Under the pieces are notes generated by a model. That model did no database searches and had not been told where the DNA came from. It worked only from the letters and a program-made list of their open reading frames with translations. A stretch of DNA of 64,000 nt, from NCBI RefSeq assembly GCF_001194135.2, contig NC_068984.1, positions 14,854,890 to 14,918,889 on the forward strand. Reading direction: 5' to 3'. Positions 1 through 11,720 of this stretch are shown here, in pieces (position 1 is the stretch's first letter; each line of letters starts with the position of its first letter). A program made the translations under genes and the position numbers. The stretch is from Octopus bimaculoides. Lineage: Eukaryota.

Positions 1-163
1 TTCTGTTGTGCCTGTAATTCAAAGGGTCAGCCTTGTCACACTGTGTCACGCTGAATATCCCTGAGAACTACGTTAAGGTTACACGTGTCTGTGGAGTGCT
101 CAGTCACTTGCACGTTAATTTCACGAGCAGGCTGTTCCGTTGATCGGATCAACTGGAACCCTC
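1..163 (+). mobile_element. SINE family C, 3' body/tail fragment
   Basis: Matches 50960-51115 (CCTGTAATTCAAAGGG...CACTTGCACGTTAATT...GTTGATCGGATCA), which belongs to a tRNA-headed element; cut by an N gap. Confidence 0.75.
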
Positions 164-760
164 NNNNNNNNNNNNNNNNNNNNNNNNNNNNNNNNNNNNN
201 NNNNNNNNNNNNNNNNNNNNNNNNNNNNNNNNNNNNNNNNNNNNNNNNNNNNNNNNNNNNNNNNNNNNNNNNNNNNNNNNNNNNNNNNNNNNNNNNNNNN
301 NNNNNNNNNNNNNNNNNNNNNNNNNNNNNNNNNNNNNNNNNNNNNNNNNNNNNNNNNNNNNNNNNNNNNNNNNTATATATATATACGTGAGAAAAGTGTT
401 CCCGGTATCAGGAATGATAAAATAATTTCATTTAGTCAGCTGAAGGTATTACACCGTGACTCTAAGTTTTCACAAGTAACAACAACACGTTTCTTCAGTC
501 GTGGCTCGTGGCTCGTGGCTGACTGAAGAAGATAGATCGATAGATACGTATATCGATAGATAACTAGACAGACCTGTCATTATTCAGTTTTACTGGAAGA
601 TTTCTTGCCTATAAAGAGCCGGTTTCTAACCTAGATCCAAAGCTTTTTCATTAGAATTTCAACATCAGCAACAGGGTATTTTTATATGTATGTATGTATG
701 TATGTATGTATACATGCAAATTTGTATATTTTATTTTATGTACGTCTTCTCATGCATACG

Positions 761-1131
761 CAGTAGAACCTCGCAGAAAGAGTGCACCATTGTACGAGTA
801 ATTTGCTGTACGAGCCGAGACCCGTGCACATTTTTTCTTGAAGTACAAGCGGAAATTTGCAGTACAAGCACACAAACCTTTAAGGTAATTCAGTTAATAA
901 AACCAGTTTATGTATTTCTTTTGCATTCCCTTTTTTATAATTGTCAATTTACTTGTAACTACACAATTTCTCTTTTAAAACCCATAAAAAGTCATTTTTG
1001 AGTGGTTTTTGGGTGGCCGGAATGGATTAATTATATTTTAGTTAATTTCAATGAGGAGAATTGATTTGTAAAACTAGTAAAGACGAGCTTGGTCATGGAA
1101 CGAACTAAACTCGTACTGCGAAGTATCACTG
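761..1131. mobile_element. pogo/Tigger-like MITE
   Basis: Imperfect TIRs: CAGTAGAACCTCGCAGAAAGAGT versus the reverse complement of the right end, CAGTGATACTTCGCAGTACGAGT. TA follows the right end, and a paralogous empty site is at 62094-62165. Confidence 0.7.
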
Positions 1132-1934
1132 TACGTGCATCTGTAGACATGCTCATATATACTTAAATGTACGTATGAATGTATGTATGTGTGTGAATGT
1201 ATGCATGTATGTATGTATGCATGTATGTATGTATGTATGTACGTATGTATGTATGTGTGTATGCATGTATGTATATATATTGTATTTTTAAACTTTTATA
1301 TCCTTAAAATATATATTCTTCAGATCCGTTCAAAATTATTTTTTCGCTCTCAGATGAATAAAGTATCCCAAAAAGGTTAGAGCTGTCTTCACCTCACGGA
1401 ATACAAAATTCACTTCGTAATTTTCGACGACGCATGCCGCTCGATGTTTTCCTCGAACTCATTTTATTTTAATTCTTTTTTATGACAGTATCGTATAATT
1501 CAAATAGCGGGTGAGTATGTAGGGGCTCCATTTTTGTTCCGCACGTTCGTTTGAAGCATTACTACATTAAGTATCATTTCAGAAATGTAAATATTCATTA
1601 GGGTGAATCCTGAGGATCTGAATTGACTCTTAATAATGAATTTTTCACACAGAATATTAACGATGTTTTTAGAGGAGAAACTAGTTTTACTAATAGGATG
1701 TTTGCATGATTATTATCATAATGTGAATGCATAGAAAAATTTATCGATGCATAATTCCCAAATGAAAGTAGCCGTTGCATTTCATACATAAATACGCACA
1801 TACGCATAAAGATATACACGTATACATATATAGTATGTGTGTGTAGATGTCTAAAAATGAGTCAGAATAAAGACACACTGATAAATTGGTTAACAGAGTG
1901 AGTATATTATTATGAATAAAATACAACATGATAT

Positions 1935-2720
1935 TTTCCCATCATCCAATCGGTGTTACACCAGGAATTGAGATAACCCCCGTAATCATCGGGAAAGAGC
2001 ACGAGGATTAGTCTTGCGACGCTGCTATCCTTCACTACAATGAGGCCCTGGCCACCAGTGGTTTTTAATATAAAATCAAGTATATGCCTGGCCCTTATTT
2101 TTCCAAAGGAAAATGTCACCACAAAGTTATATGAGTGGCACGCACATTGTCCCTGAACGTAAAACTTACTGTAGGAAGGATCCTTCTTAGTTTAGTCGAT
2201 AAACACTTCCCCCAAGCACATATATACAGGAAAATGTTTAATAGACACACATTCTGGGTGTCTCTTCTAACTGTGCCCCTAGCGTAAAGAAAATATTGCA
2301 AAGTAGTTCAAAGCAAACAAAGGCAGGCTGTTTATGCAGAGATAAGACCACATGTCGACTATGGCAATACAAAAACTGTTGTGTATGAGATGGATGTAAC
2401 GTCGGACGAGCCGAATGGAGCGACCGACGTCCAAAAATATGTATGCGCATCAGAAGGTGCCTTAAAACTAGTTTCACTTATCAAATCTCATTTAAAGTGC
2501 AAATGTGATGAAATGACACGTTACTAATGAATCATATATAGATAGAGGAGAAAAACGCTGTGGATTATGACATCAACAGGATAAGAAGACTAGCAAATGG
2601 TAATAAACCTTACTTTAACAACAATAGGAGGTACAGTGTTGCTTGGCTGAGAAAAGGATCATAATATAGAAGTCTTTTTACTCGGTCACCTATATTAACT
2701 GTAAGATTAATGTTTTCCGA
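1935..2720 (+). mobile_element. Penelope-like retroelement relic (RT thumb, CxC linker, GIY-YIG endonuclease), with frameshifts and stops
   Basis: Manual translation gives SHHP..., AAILHYNEALATSGF, LNVKLTVGRILLSLVDKHFPQAHIYRKMFNRHT, GCLCRDKTTC, VVYEMDV...KYVCASEGALK and (C)LAEKRII, colinear with C-terminal-EN PLE proteins. Confidence 0.8.
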
Positions 2721-3269
2721 TTCTGTCCTCATGAACGCAGCTAAGCCCTAGTACACTGATCGATCGCACAATGAATATAAGCATTGAGGAAGCCTCGCTG
2801 GGTTTTTCCCATTATCAAAATCTGAGGAACTAATACAAGATTTAGCACACCTTTCTGTGACATGTATACGCACGTACAAACATATACATTTAGTCGAACA
2901 CATATGATGTTAAAATCAACCTTCCTAATCTCGGCTCCAACCTACCCTAAAAGCAATTATCCCTCATATGGAGGTGGCCTTCATTGCTCCCAATCCAAGA
3001 GGCGGAAATTCCAATGAATTAATAAAAAACAAGAATTTATCTCTTGGTTCTGAAGCGGACAATTTCGTTCTAATTTTAAAATAGCTGACCGCTGACTTGA
3101 TTCAACCCTTTCAGACGTCCGGTAGCAAAGTCATGCAATTCTTTCAGCCTTTTCTGATTATTAATGGATCCAAGTCAACTCTTGGCACGAAACCGATTGG
3201 TAAAGATGTTGATGTAAGAATATGATAATGGATTTTATTTTTGTTGTTGTTGTCGTCGTTGTCGTCATT

Positions 3270-3538
3270 AGTAAGGAGGGGGAGGAGGGGGAGGAGGAGG
3301 AGGAGGAGGAAGAAGAAGAAGAAGAAGAAGAAGAAGAAGAAGNNNNNNNNNNNNNNNNNNNNNNNNNNNNNNNNNNNNNNNNNNNNNNNNNNNNNNNNNN
3401 NNNNNNNNNNGGAGGACGACGTCGAAGACGGGGAAGGGGAAGAGGAGGACGAGGAGCAGGACGAGGAGGACGAGGAGCAGGACGAGGAGGACGAGGAGCA
3501 GGACGAGGAGGAGGACGACGAAGACGACGACGACGAAG
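3270..3538. repeat. Compound trinucleotide microsatellite (GAG/GAA/GAC) spanning an N gap
   Basis: Direct reading; includes a 21-bp unit GACGAGGAGCAGGACGAGGAG. Confidence 0.9.
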
Positions 3539-3669
3539 GTGCACAAGTGTGCCAGATGTCTGATGTCGAAATGATGGCAGAGCAACCTGAAACGAAGTGT
3601 TTTGCTCAAGAACACAACGCACCGCTCTGTCCGAGAATCGAATCCAAAATCTAGCGATCGTGAGTGCAA
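3538..3669 (-). mobile_element. SINE family C fragment
   Basis: Colinear with 34504-34636 (GAAGTG..TTGC.CAAGAACACAA.GC...GAGAAT.GAA). Confidence 0.6.
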
Positions 3670-3670
3670 A

Positions 3671-4350
3671 TAAGAAGCAAGTGTCTCCATTGTGTCGAAT
3701 TTGTAATTGAGTTGACGAAACCGTTGCCCATATTGTGAATGAATGCCCCCGACTTGCCAAAAGCCAATATAAGCAGTGGCAACATGATGCGGTAGCAAAA
3801 GTGTTGTATTGGAAAATGTGTGAAAAATTGGGGTTAGGGAGAGGCAAGACATGATACGAACACAAACCACAGAGAGTGGCTGAGTCGGAGACTTGAAAAA
3901 CCCTGTGGGGTTCCCTAATCCAAATGGACCTGGTACTTGAGCATAACAAACCGAACTTAATGGTGGTGGGCAAGGTAAACCATATGTGTTCTATGATTCA
4001 TGTTTCGTGTCCATTTGGCCCACGAACAGTTAAGAAGGAAGACGAAAAAATAGACATATACAATCCTCTTAAATGCGAAATAGCTCGGCAGCGAAAAATT
4101 AAAAAGTTGAAGATAGTACCAATTATTGTTGAGGCACTGGGAGTAGTATCAAAAGGTATTGAGAGGAATATAAAGGAAATGGAAATATATAAAAGAAAAT
4201 GAATCTGTTGCAAAAAGTTTACCGTCTTGGCACGGCCAGAATCACCAGGAAAGTATTAGATAGTTGAAGAGAACAAATAGCATGGTACCATAGGCTGCAG
4301 GTAGCAAGCCTGCTATTCATGCAAGACTTCGGGTGTTTCAGCAAAACCTG
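3671..4350 (+). mobile_element. R4/Dong-like non-LTR retrotransposon 3' part (CCHC knuckle plus restriction-like endonuclease), decayed
   Basis: Translation CRICNxVDETVAHIVNECPRLAKSQYKQWQHD...YEHKPQRV...HNKPNLMVV...IHVSCPF...KEDEKIDIYNPLKCEI...VPIIVEALG fits the CCHC, RHD and PD..D RLE layout; in-frame stops present. Confidence 0.85.
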
Positions 4351-4704
4351 AGTTAAAAGAATAACTAGAACAATAAAGAGGTGAACTGTTGCCATGTCTG
4401 GCAACGAGTACCCACCACCGAGGAGATCCAATACAGATCGAAACCACTCGGTCTGATGGTCTTAAGGCTTCAATGGTGGCAGGAGCTATCTCCCGCTTGT
4501 AATAAATATCAGGTGTGAGAAGTACAATGAATAAACCAGCTAGAGGAGATGTCTTCCTGGGGTTAAATGGCACTAATGTCGTCTCTTAGAGGACAGCCAC
4601 ATTAAAGTAGCCATTAGCCATACGTTTTGGTTCGTACACTACTTCTGTCTCGAACAGAGATTCTCTAACGGACTAGTTTTCTGTATACATACACTGAGAG
4701 AGAG

Positions 4705-5037
4705 ACCCCTTTCGGTCATGACTGACCATGGGATTGCACCTAGAAAGTTACTTTCCAAGGCACAAGTCCAGGCAAGGTTGTTTTATGGAAGACCAGCAGT
4801 CGCCCATGCATACCGGCCTCCCCTCTCCACGCCACCAGTGTTATCCAAGGGAAAGGCAAAGGGGCCGATACAGCTTGGCACTTGTGACGTCGCAACTCAT
4901 TTCTACAGCTGAGTGAACTGGAGCAACGGGAACTAAAGAGTCTTGCCCAAGAACACAATACGCAGCCCAGTCCTGGATTCGAACTCACAACCTCACGATC
5001 GTAAGCTCGACGCTCTAACCACTTAGCCATGCGCCTT
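4705..5037 (-). mobile_element. SINE family C (tRNA head plus CORE-like central segment)
   Basis: Reverse complement starts GGCGCATGGCTAAGTGGTTAGAGCG (A box), then GAGTTCGAATCC (B box), then TTGTGTTCTTGGGCAAGAC. Confidence 0.85.
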
Positions 5038-5048
5038 CACATATACAT

Positions 5049-5154
<106 letters not shown>

Positions 5155-5217
5155 GTATGTATGTATTTAGAAATATATTAAGTATGTACGAATGGATTTC
5201 TAAATATATTTCCGTAT

Positions 5218-5404
5218 TGGTATTTGTCTCCCACCATTTGACAACCGGTGTTGGTTTGTATATATCCCCGAAATTTAGTGTTTCGGCAAAAAGAGATACC
5301 ACAGAATTAGTACTGAAGTCAATTTGCTTGATTAAAAACCTTTCAAGGCAGTTGACCTTTCATGGTCGCAATCCAATGAATGAAATAAATTGTAAGACTA
5401 AAAG
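5218..5404 (+). mobile_element. SINE family B, 3' half
   Basis: TTGACAACCGGTGTTGG...TTCGGCAAAAAGAGA...CATGGTCGCA matches the 3' half of 38915-39295(-) and 51740-51957. Confidence 0.65.
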
Positions 5405-5449
5405 CGTATAGTTTTAGTGTATAAAGATATTAACTAGTCGACAATTAGC

Positions 5450-5900
5450 AAAATGTTTTGTGTATATAATTATTATCTTTATGTTAATGTATACGGAAAT
5501 TTATTGATGGACGATTTCCAAATCTAATGAATTGAATATAACACCCAATTTAGCGATATGAACGACTCTGAACTCCGGTATGCTTTGTATTATCTTTATA
5601 CTGGCATAAAACATAACGTCACTAATAACATTAATGGTTTTCCTGTGTGTATTCCATGTTTATTCTGTGAATGTTCATCTAATGATATTAGTTTAAAGGA
5701 ATAATCGCTCTCATATATATTTAATGTCTCCGAGATGCAAGCTATTATGTTCCAACCGTTGGCTAGTATGAGATGAGGATGGATGTAAAACATAGCCTCA
5801 CATAATATCCTTTTAATTTCATTCTAACCAGCTGTATAGTGGCGTTGAAAATATCCAGCTGGTTTTTGTTGATTCTTTTTCTACTAGACATAAGTGCTTT
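5450..5900 (-). mobile_element. Possible L2/CR1-group LINE RT C-terminal remnant
   Basis: Minus frame FYIHPHLILANGWN...HTGKPL resembles the IHPHLxY..WG and SHTxPLF motifs; heavily decayed. Confidence 0.4.
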
Positions 5901-6137
5901 TTGTCCTGAGGATATTGCTTTTATCAGTCATTTTCATAGTAACACATAGCTTCTTTCTTTTTATTATATTTAGAAAACAGAATACAACATGAAAATTCAA
6001 CGATAGACATTAGTTTCTGTGTTACGAAAGACCAACAACCAAATTACATTATAATACACCTGTTCTGATACGCATATGCACTCTACTCACGCACGCACAC
6101 GCACACATATGTTCTTTGTACTACTATAAGTGAGTGC

Positions 6138-6179
<42 letters not shown>

Positions 6180-6619
6180 GCATATACATATATATATATA
6201 CATACATGTATATATATACATATATATATATATNNNNNNNNNNTTATATATTTTATATTGTGTTTGTCGACCGGTTTCGCTTTCGCTAATCATGATATTA
6301 AAATTATTTTAATTACGTATTTTCTCTAGAAAATGTCTGTGGAGTTTATGAATGAATGATTCAACAAGAAAGAAACTCTAAGGGGGGCAATTGGTGATCG
6401 TTATTATTGTGAACAGGGGAGATAATTGTTCATCTTTCGGTGGTGGGGGAGAATATATATACAAAAATTCAAAAGCTAGAGTAATGGGGAGAAATATGTA
6501 CAGTGATGGGTATGTAATCGTGAATTAAAAATATGTATAGAGATCAAAGTTGGTTATGCGTGCATATTTAGGTGTGTTCTGTATTTTTCGATGAATAAAT
6601 TTTCTTTATTTTAAACGTT

Positions 6620-7460
6620 CTTGTATAGAAACTGTATCTTTGCACTGGTAGAAACTTCACATACGATAGCGGAGTTACTCACTCATCGTCCAGAGTTCAT
6701 GTTTTAAAGTGATCAGCTTTCCCTCAAGAGCTCGGTGTGAAGAGTTGCCATAAAGTTTCGTTAATTTTTGTCTAAGGTAGAGTTGGTGAGGTGTAAACTC
6801 ATTTTTATTGTTGCAGTTAACCATCCAATATGGCGGCGCACGTTGTTGATGTTTTCTGCAATTTTGTTTTCCTTCTAAGTTGTTTCCGTTTAGTAATTTC
6901 GTTATTTTGTTCACTGTAGCATTCTCCTAAGTGTTCTTTAAGAGTAATAGCGGCTGTGTGTATAAGAGTATTAATAATCCAGTAATTAACATCACATGAT
7001 TCCATATGATCTCCAGCAACATCGTTGATAACCTTAAACATTAGATCGGTCGAATTTTTTCTCACTCGTGTTGAGAATAGTCTGTTGCTCAACGAAAGCT
7101 TCGAGAAAATAGAAAGATTTTTTGAGAATTGTAATTTTAAAATGCTTTTTTTTTTTTTTTAGTTGGATGTATTCCACAGTCTTCACTACTGAGTCGGCTA
7201 AGTTTGGAGACACTCTCGAATTTAGCGATGGCGAGAGCGGTGGCTTGTTAACATTATTTTTTACGCCGCTTCCGGCAGATTTTGATCCATTTTCAGTGTT
7301 TTGGGAGGGTCGAGAACCAGTTGATTTGGGGTTTTTTTTTACAAAAGATGCTTGTTGTTAGAGCTGTTTCGCCGTGAAGGTATTTAAGTTGGGATGAGCT
7401 TCGTCCTAGCATTGTTTTAATCGCTTCATGTATCCGATTGAAGAGTCACCTCAGGCTTTT
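6620..7460 (-). mobile_element. R4/Dong-like retrotransposon, N-terminal ORF region, decayed
   Basis: Minus strand gives GYMKRLKQCxDEAHPNLNTFTAKQLxQQA, NYWIINTLIHTAA, APPYW and LKHELWTMSExLRY, in the order expected upstream of the RT in R4-clade ORFs. Confidence 0.6.
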
Positions 7461-7462
7461 TC

Positions 7463-7493
<31 letters not shown>

Positions 7494-7759
7494 TGTATTT
7501 GACTAAAAATGTAAAATTCTGGTGCGGAAATACCCGAGATTGTAATTTAATTTCCTCGGAATTTCTGACCGTATTATTTAAAGATTAAATATAAATTACT
7601 AAACCATCTTAAAACTATTCAGATGATTCATCAAACACTAGTGTTTTACGCCTTTTAAGGATCGCTAACAACTTCAGTTTCTTGGGAAGCAGCACTGCAG
7701 AAATAGACGAGCCTAACAGGTGATTTTGCTGTTTTATGGGAAAATGGTACCGTGAGCTG

Positions 7760-7900
7760 CAGCTAGCAGCCTATGGTACCATGCTTTTTGTTCTCTTCAA
7801 CCATCCAATACTTTCCTGATGGCTCTGGCCATGCCAAGCAGGTAAACCTTTTGCAACAAATTTTCTCGGCACTCTATTCCCATCTCCTTTCTATTTAGGA
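7760..7900 (-). mobile_element. R4/Dong-like 3' end fragment
   Basis: Reverse complement aligns to 4185-4310 (TTGCAAAA.GTTTACC...CAGGAAAGTATT.GAT.GTTGAAGAGAACAAA.AGCATGGTACCATAGGCTGC). Confidence 0.8.
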
Positions 7901-8089
7901 CCTAAATTACTTGCCATTGGCGGATTTTCTATGAATGCAAAAGTTAATTCTGCTTTTATTAAGAAAGCTATAGCAAGTAATTGTTTGTTTTTTTATCAAA
8001 GAATGGTCCTTGTTTGATGCAAATGATACAATGATCAATTTTCTTTTTTTTTTTTTAAACTGTGATTTGTGAAATGACTAAAAGAAAGA

Positions 8090-9115
8090 GGGACTCAGAA
8101 AAATTTATAGATGAATCCACCGCTTCGTGTAATCGCAGATATTGGGATGTAAATGTACAATCATCTGGTAAATTCTGGAATTTAGAAATAATGTGAATTT
8201 ACGAGGTTTTACCTGCTGTAAAAATTATTAAGAATTCAACCTTGATTTTAAAAAAATATCCATAGTTACACTCGTAATTGATGGATCAAGTGCCGTGGTA
8301 AAATTTGTTAAGGATATTAAATACGAACATGAAGTGTGTTAAACACATAGGCGTCATTGGTTGCTTATGATGTTATTCACAAGGAAATTTAATCAAATTA
8401 GGATTAAACTAATTTAACTAATGATCCTCGCATGACGGACACGAGTTGGAAGGTAATTCGAGGATAATGATTAAAATGTAAATTCTTGCAATTTCGAATT
8501 GGCTTAATGATTATGTAATCTGCAACAAATTGAAGTTACAGAAGACTCTTCCGCTCAAAAGCAATTTTAAGCATTGGTAATATCATTAAAAAGAGTGAGA
8601 ACAATTTTCAGGTTATTCTGTACGTCTCTTGCAAAATGAAATACTTTAGAAATATGTGTAAGAGGAGCCTGGCCATAAATTGCAATTAATCAATAATACT
8701 AAGGCAAGATAGAATAGTTTATCTGCAATTATAGAACGATTATTGTTCTTTAAAAGCTATATTGCAAAAGTTAAAATCGTTATGAAACAACCTCTTATCT
8801 TTTCCAACAATGAAGTTAATGCTATTCATACTGTTGCATCAGTATTGGAACCAAAATGATGCAACGTTTGATCTCTGCAGAGAGTAATTTTGTTTTATTT
8901 CGAAAGAATTAAACCAACAAAATATTCCATGTTCCTCTTGCTGTGAGAACGTGTCACCAAAGGAATCAAATTGCAAGGGAATAAAGAAAAAAAACGAATT
9001 GTATTGATGAAGTATTTAAATAATCCTCTTTTAATTCGGGATTCACTTAATTCATTTTTAATTTGGCTATCGGAAACTTCAATGCGAAATATCTCAAAGA
9101 AATTCTATGACAAAA
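8090..9115 (+). mobile_element. hAT-superfamily transposase relic
   Basis: Translation across stops: IDESTASCNRRY (first D), LVIDGSSAVVKF (second D), CxTH (CxxH), KLQLINNTKARxNSLSAIIERL (TRWNS motif), VLEP..ATFDLC. Confidence 0.75.
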
Positions 9116-9429
9116 AATGTTCGCATTTTGTCGGAAGAATGCCCTACTCATTCCATTAAAAGAGACAAGATTAAATGTTTCCATTAACAAAACAGTTGAA
9201 AACAATGTGGAGAGTGTTCGATCATCTTATGGTCCAAAATACGTTATCAAAGAGACGAAAACGTTTGAAAAATAAAACAAGATGGAGAAGAATCGACTTG
9301 CGGAAAATTCATTGGTCCTAATTTTGAATTTTATTCATATCTTTTATGTATTGGTCAATTTAGACTGATAAACCTGTGGGTTTTTATTGTTTCCTTTATA
9401 ATTACATACCTTTCCTGATTACAGAGTGG

Positions 9430-9815
9430 TGTTATGAGAAGCGGTGTTGCTATATACGTACGATTCCTAGTTGCTGCAACTCTACTGCATCAACTCTCTG
9501 CAAAAAGCTCTATTCACAGGACGTCTAAGGTGGCTTGGCCATACTCTTCGTCAGCTCCCTATGAATTTCATTCGCAAGGCAGTCAACTCGGCTTCTCTCC
9601 CAGACTAGCGTAAACGAGCCGGAGAACAACTGAAAACATGGCTGGCGACAGTTAAGGCGGAAGTGGAAGCACAATTGGACCCCCTGCATCTATGGTCTTC
9701 TCGATGGAACCGGGAGTGGGCATCCATTACAGCCTTAATTGCGGTGACCGTCGGGTGTGGTTAGCATTCATGAGGGGCGGGGTGATCTGGCTGGTGAATG
9801 CCGCAACAAGTAAGT
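9430..9815 (+). mobile_element. RTE-clade LINE 3' end
   Basis: RLRWLGHTLR...RKRAGEQLKTWLATVK...RWNREW...DRRVW, ending CCGCAACAAGTAAGTAA. Confidence 0.8.
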
Positions 9816-10490
9816 AATCCTAGTTGAGACATTTCACTCGTTCTATGTGATTTTCTCTCCAGTTAACATTCTCTCTTTCTTTCTCTCTCCCTCTCTCTCT
9901 CTTACTNNNNNNNNNNNNNNNNNNNNNNNNNNNNNNNNNNNNNNNNNNNNNNNNNNNNNNNNNNNNNNNNNNNNNNNNNNNNNNNNNNNNNNNNNNNNNN
10001 NNNNNNNNNNNNNNNNNNNNNNNNNNNNNNNNNNNNNNNNNNNNNNNNNNNNNNNNNNNNNNNNNNNNNNNNNNNNNNNNNNNNNNNNNNNNNNNNNNNN
10101 NNNNNNNNNNNNNNNNNNNNNNNNNNNNNNNNNNNNNNNNNNNNNNNNNNNNNNNNNNNNNNNNNNNNNNNNNNNNNNNNNNNNNNNNNNNNNNNNNNNN
10201 NNNNNNNNNNNNNNNNNNNNNNNNNNNNNNNNNNNNNNNNNNNNNNNNNNNNNNNNNNNNNNNNNNNNNNNNNNNNNNNNNNNNNNNNNNNNNNNNNNNN
10301 NNNNNNNNNNNNNNNNNNNNNNNNNNNNNNNNNNNNNNNNNNNNNNNNNNNNNNNNNNNNNNNNNNNNNNNNNNNNNNNNNNNNNNNNNNNNNNNNNNNN
10401 NNNNNNNNNNNNNNNNNNNNNNNNNNNNNNNNNNNNNNNNNNNNNNNNNNNNNNNNNNNNNNNNNNNNNNNNNNACATTCTGATTTCAAA

Positions 10491-10622
10491 TTCCGCCGAG
10501 GTCGACTTTACCTTTTATCCTTTTGAAGTCGATAAAAACAAGTACCAGTTGAGTTCTGAGGTGGATGCAATCGACTTAACTCTTCCCCTATGATTTCTGG
10601 CCTTGCGTCAAAATTTGAAGCC
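10491..10622 (+). mobile_element. SINE family A, 5'-truncated
   Basis: TTCAAATTCCGCCGAGGTCGACTTT...AGTACCAGTTGAG...ATCGACTT, shared with 21466 and 58285. Confidence 0.8.
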
Positions 10623-10649
10623 AATATCATAAGGAAGGGAATAAATGGC

Positions 10650-10845
10650 TAAGTTCGTCGAATATCATGTGAGAACACAAAGCCTTGAACACAGTGAAAA
10701 CTGGAATACTGAAAGAAAGAGGAAAACAAAAAGACAAAGGGAGAAGACTCTTGATGGTCTTAACAATTAGCTACAGAAAGGGTGACCAATAGTTTGCTGT
10801 GCATGAAACAGCATCGATAGAAGTCCATGATCACCGACACCCACA
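10650..10845 (+). mobile_element. Possible RTE-X LINE 3' fragment
   Basis: KFVEYHVR..LEH / TGILKERGKQ / LDGL / SMIT pieces resemble RTE-X C-termini; frameshifted. Confidence 0.45.
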
Positions 10846-10966
10846 AACATGACACTTAAACAAGATATACATTCATGCGTTTAAATGTACATATATATGT
10901 CTCTACTTGGGCTAAGCGGAGCAGGAGTACACACGTGGATAGAAAGGGTCACTGAAGAGATCGCAC

Positions 10967-11720
10967 AGCTTTTACAAAGTTGGTACATTTTGTTCCTTCA
11001 TGGCAATTTCAGAGGAAATCGGTTGCTTTATCAACAGGTTGAGCGATCTTCGGAGAAGCTCAAAATATGTGTATCTACGTATGTGACTTTGTGTGTGTGT
11101 GTGTGTATGTATCTGTGTGTTTGTGTGTGTGACAAAAGATTTCCAGACAACTGACATCAGATAAAATAAGAACAATTATAAATGAGGAAGAACGAATATA
11201 TAGTGCGTGTGTTTATTTGGCAACAAAAAATGACCATCCCGAAATATAACAATATCTGTTTCAGTACACGGTTCCATATCAGGAATCTTGCAAGACAAGT
11301 TCATAAACGTATCTCTACTTTCTTAAGATGTTATAGTGAAAGATACGAACAGCCAAGCTTTCCTATTCGACTTCCGGGATAAATATACAACATTTTATCT
11401 ATCTAAAATATATATAGTTGAAAAATATCGTTATAGGTATAAATATACCATAAACAATTATATAAAACTGGAGGAGAAAAAGATGTTGCATCAAAATTAG
11501 ATTTAATACAAATCTGGATTCATTACATACGCGCGTTTCAAAGGACAATACAAATATGTAAGAAAAAAATAATATTTTTTAAGCCTTTACAAAGTTGGTA
11601 CATTTTGTCCCTCCATGGGATTTCAGAGAGAATTGGTTGCTATATCTAACAGGTTGAACGATCTTCGGAGAAGCTCAAAATATGTGTATCTACGTGAATG
11701 ACTTCGTGCTTGTGTGTGTG
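10967..11720 (+). repeat. Pair of ~130-bp direct repeats (10967-11100 and 11582-11720)
   Basis: TTTACAAAGTTGGTACATTTTGT...CGATCTTCGGAGAAGCTCAAAATATGTGTATCTACGT occurs twice, ~615 bp apart. Confidence 0.9.

Noticed and set aside
1910-2122. Protein-like minus-strand ORF (TTGGQGLIVVKDSS...)
   Set aside because: It is the antisense of the Penelope-like coding region on the plus strand.
3222-3654. Acidic E/D-rich and Arg/Gly-rich ORFs
   Set aside because: They are translations of trinucleotide microsatellites spanning an N gap and running into a SINE fragment.
4380-4640. Possible APE endonuclease fragment on the minus strand
   Set aside because: Only a vague VAVLxET match; no GDFN or SDH motif.
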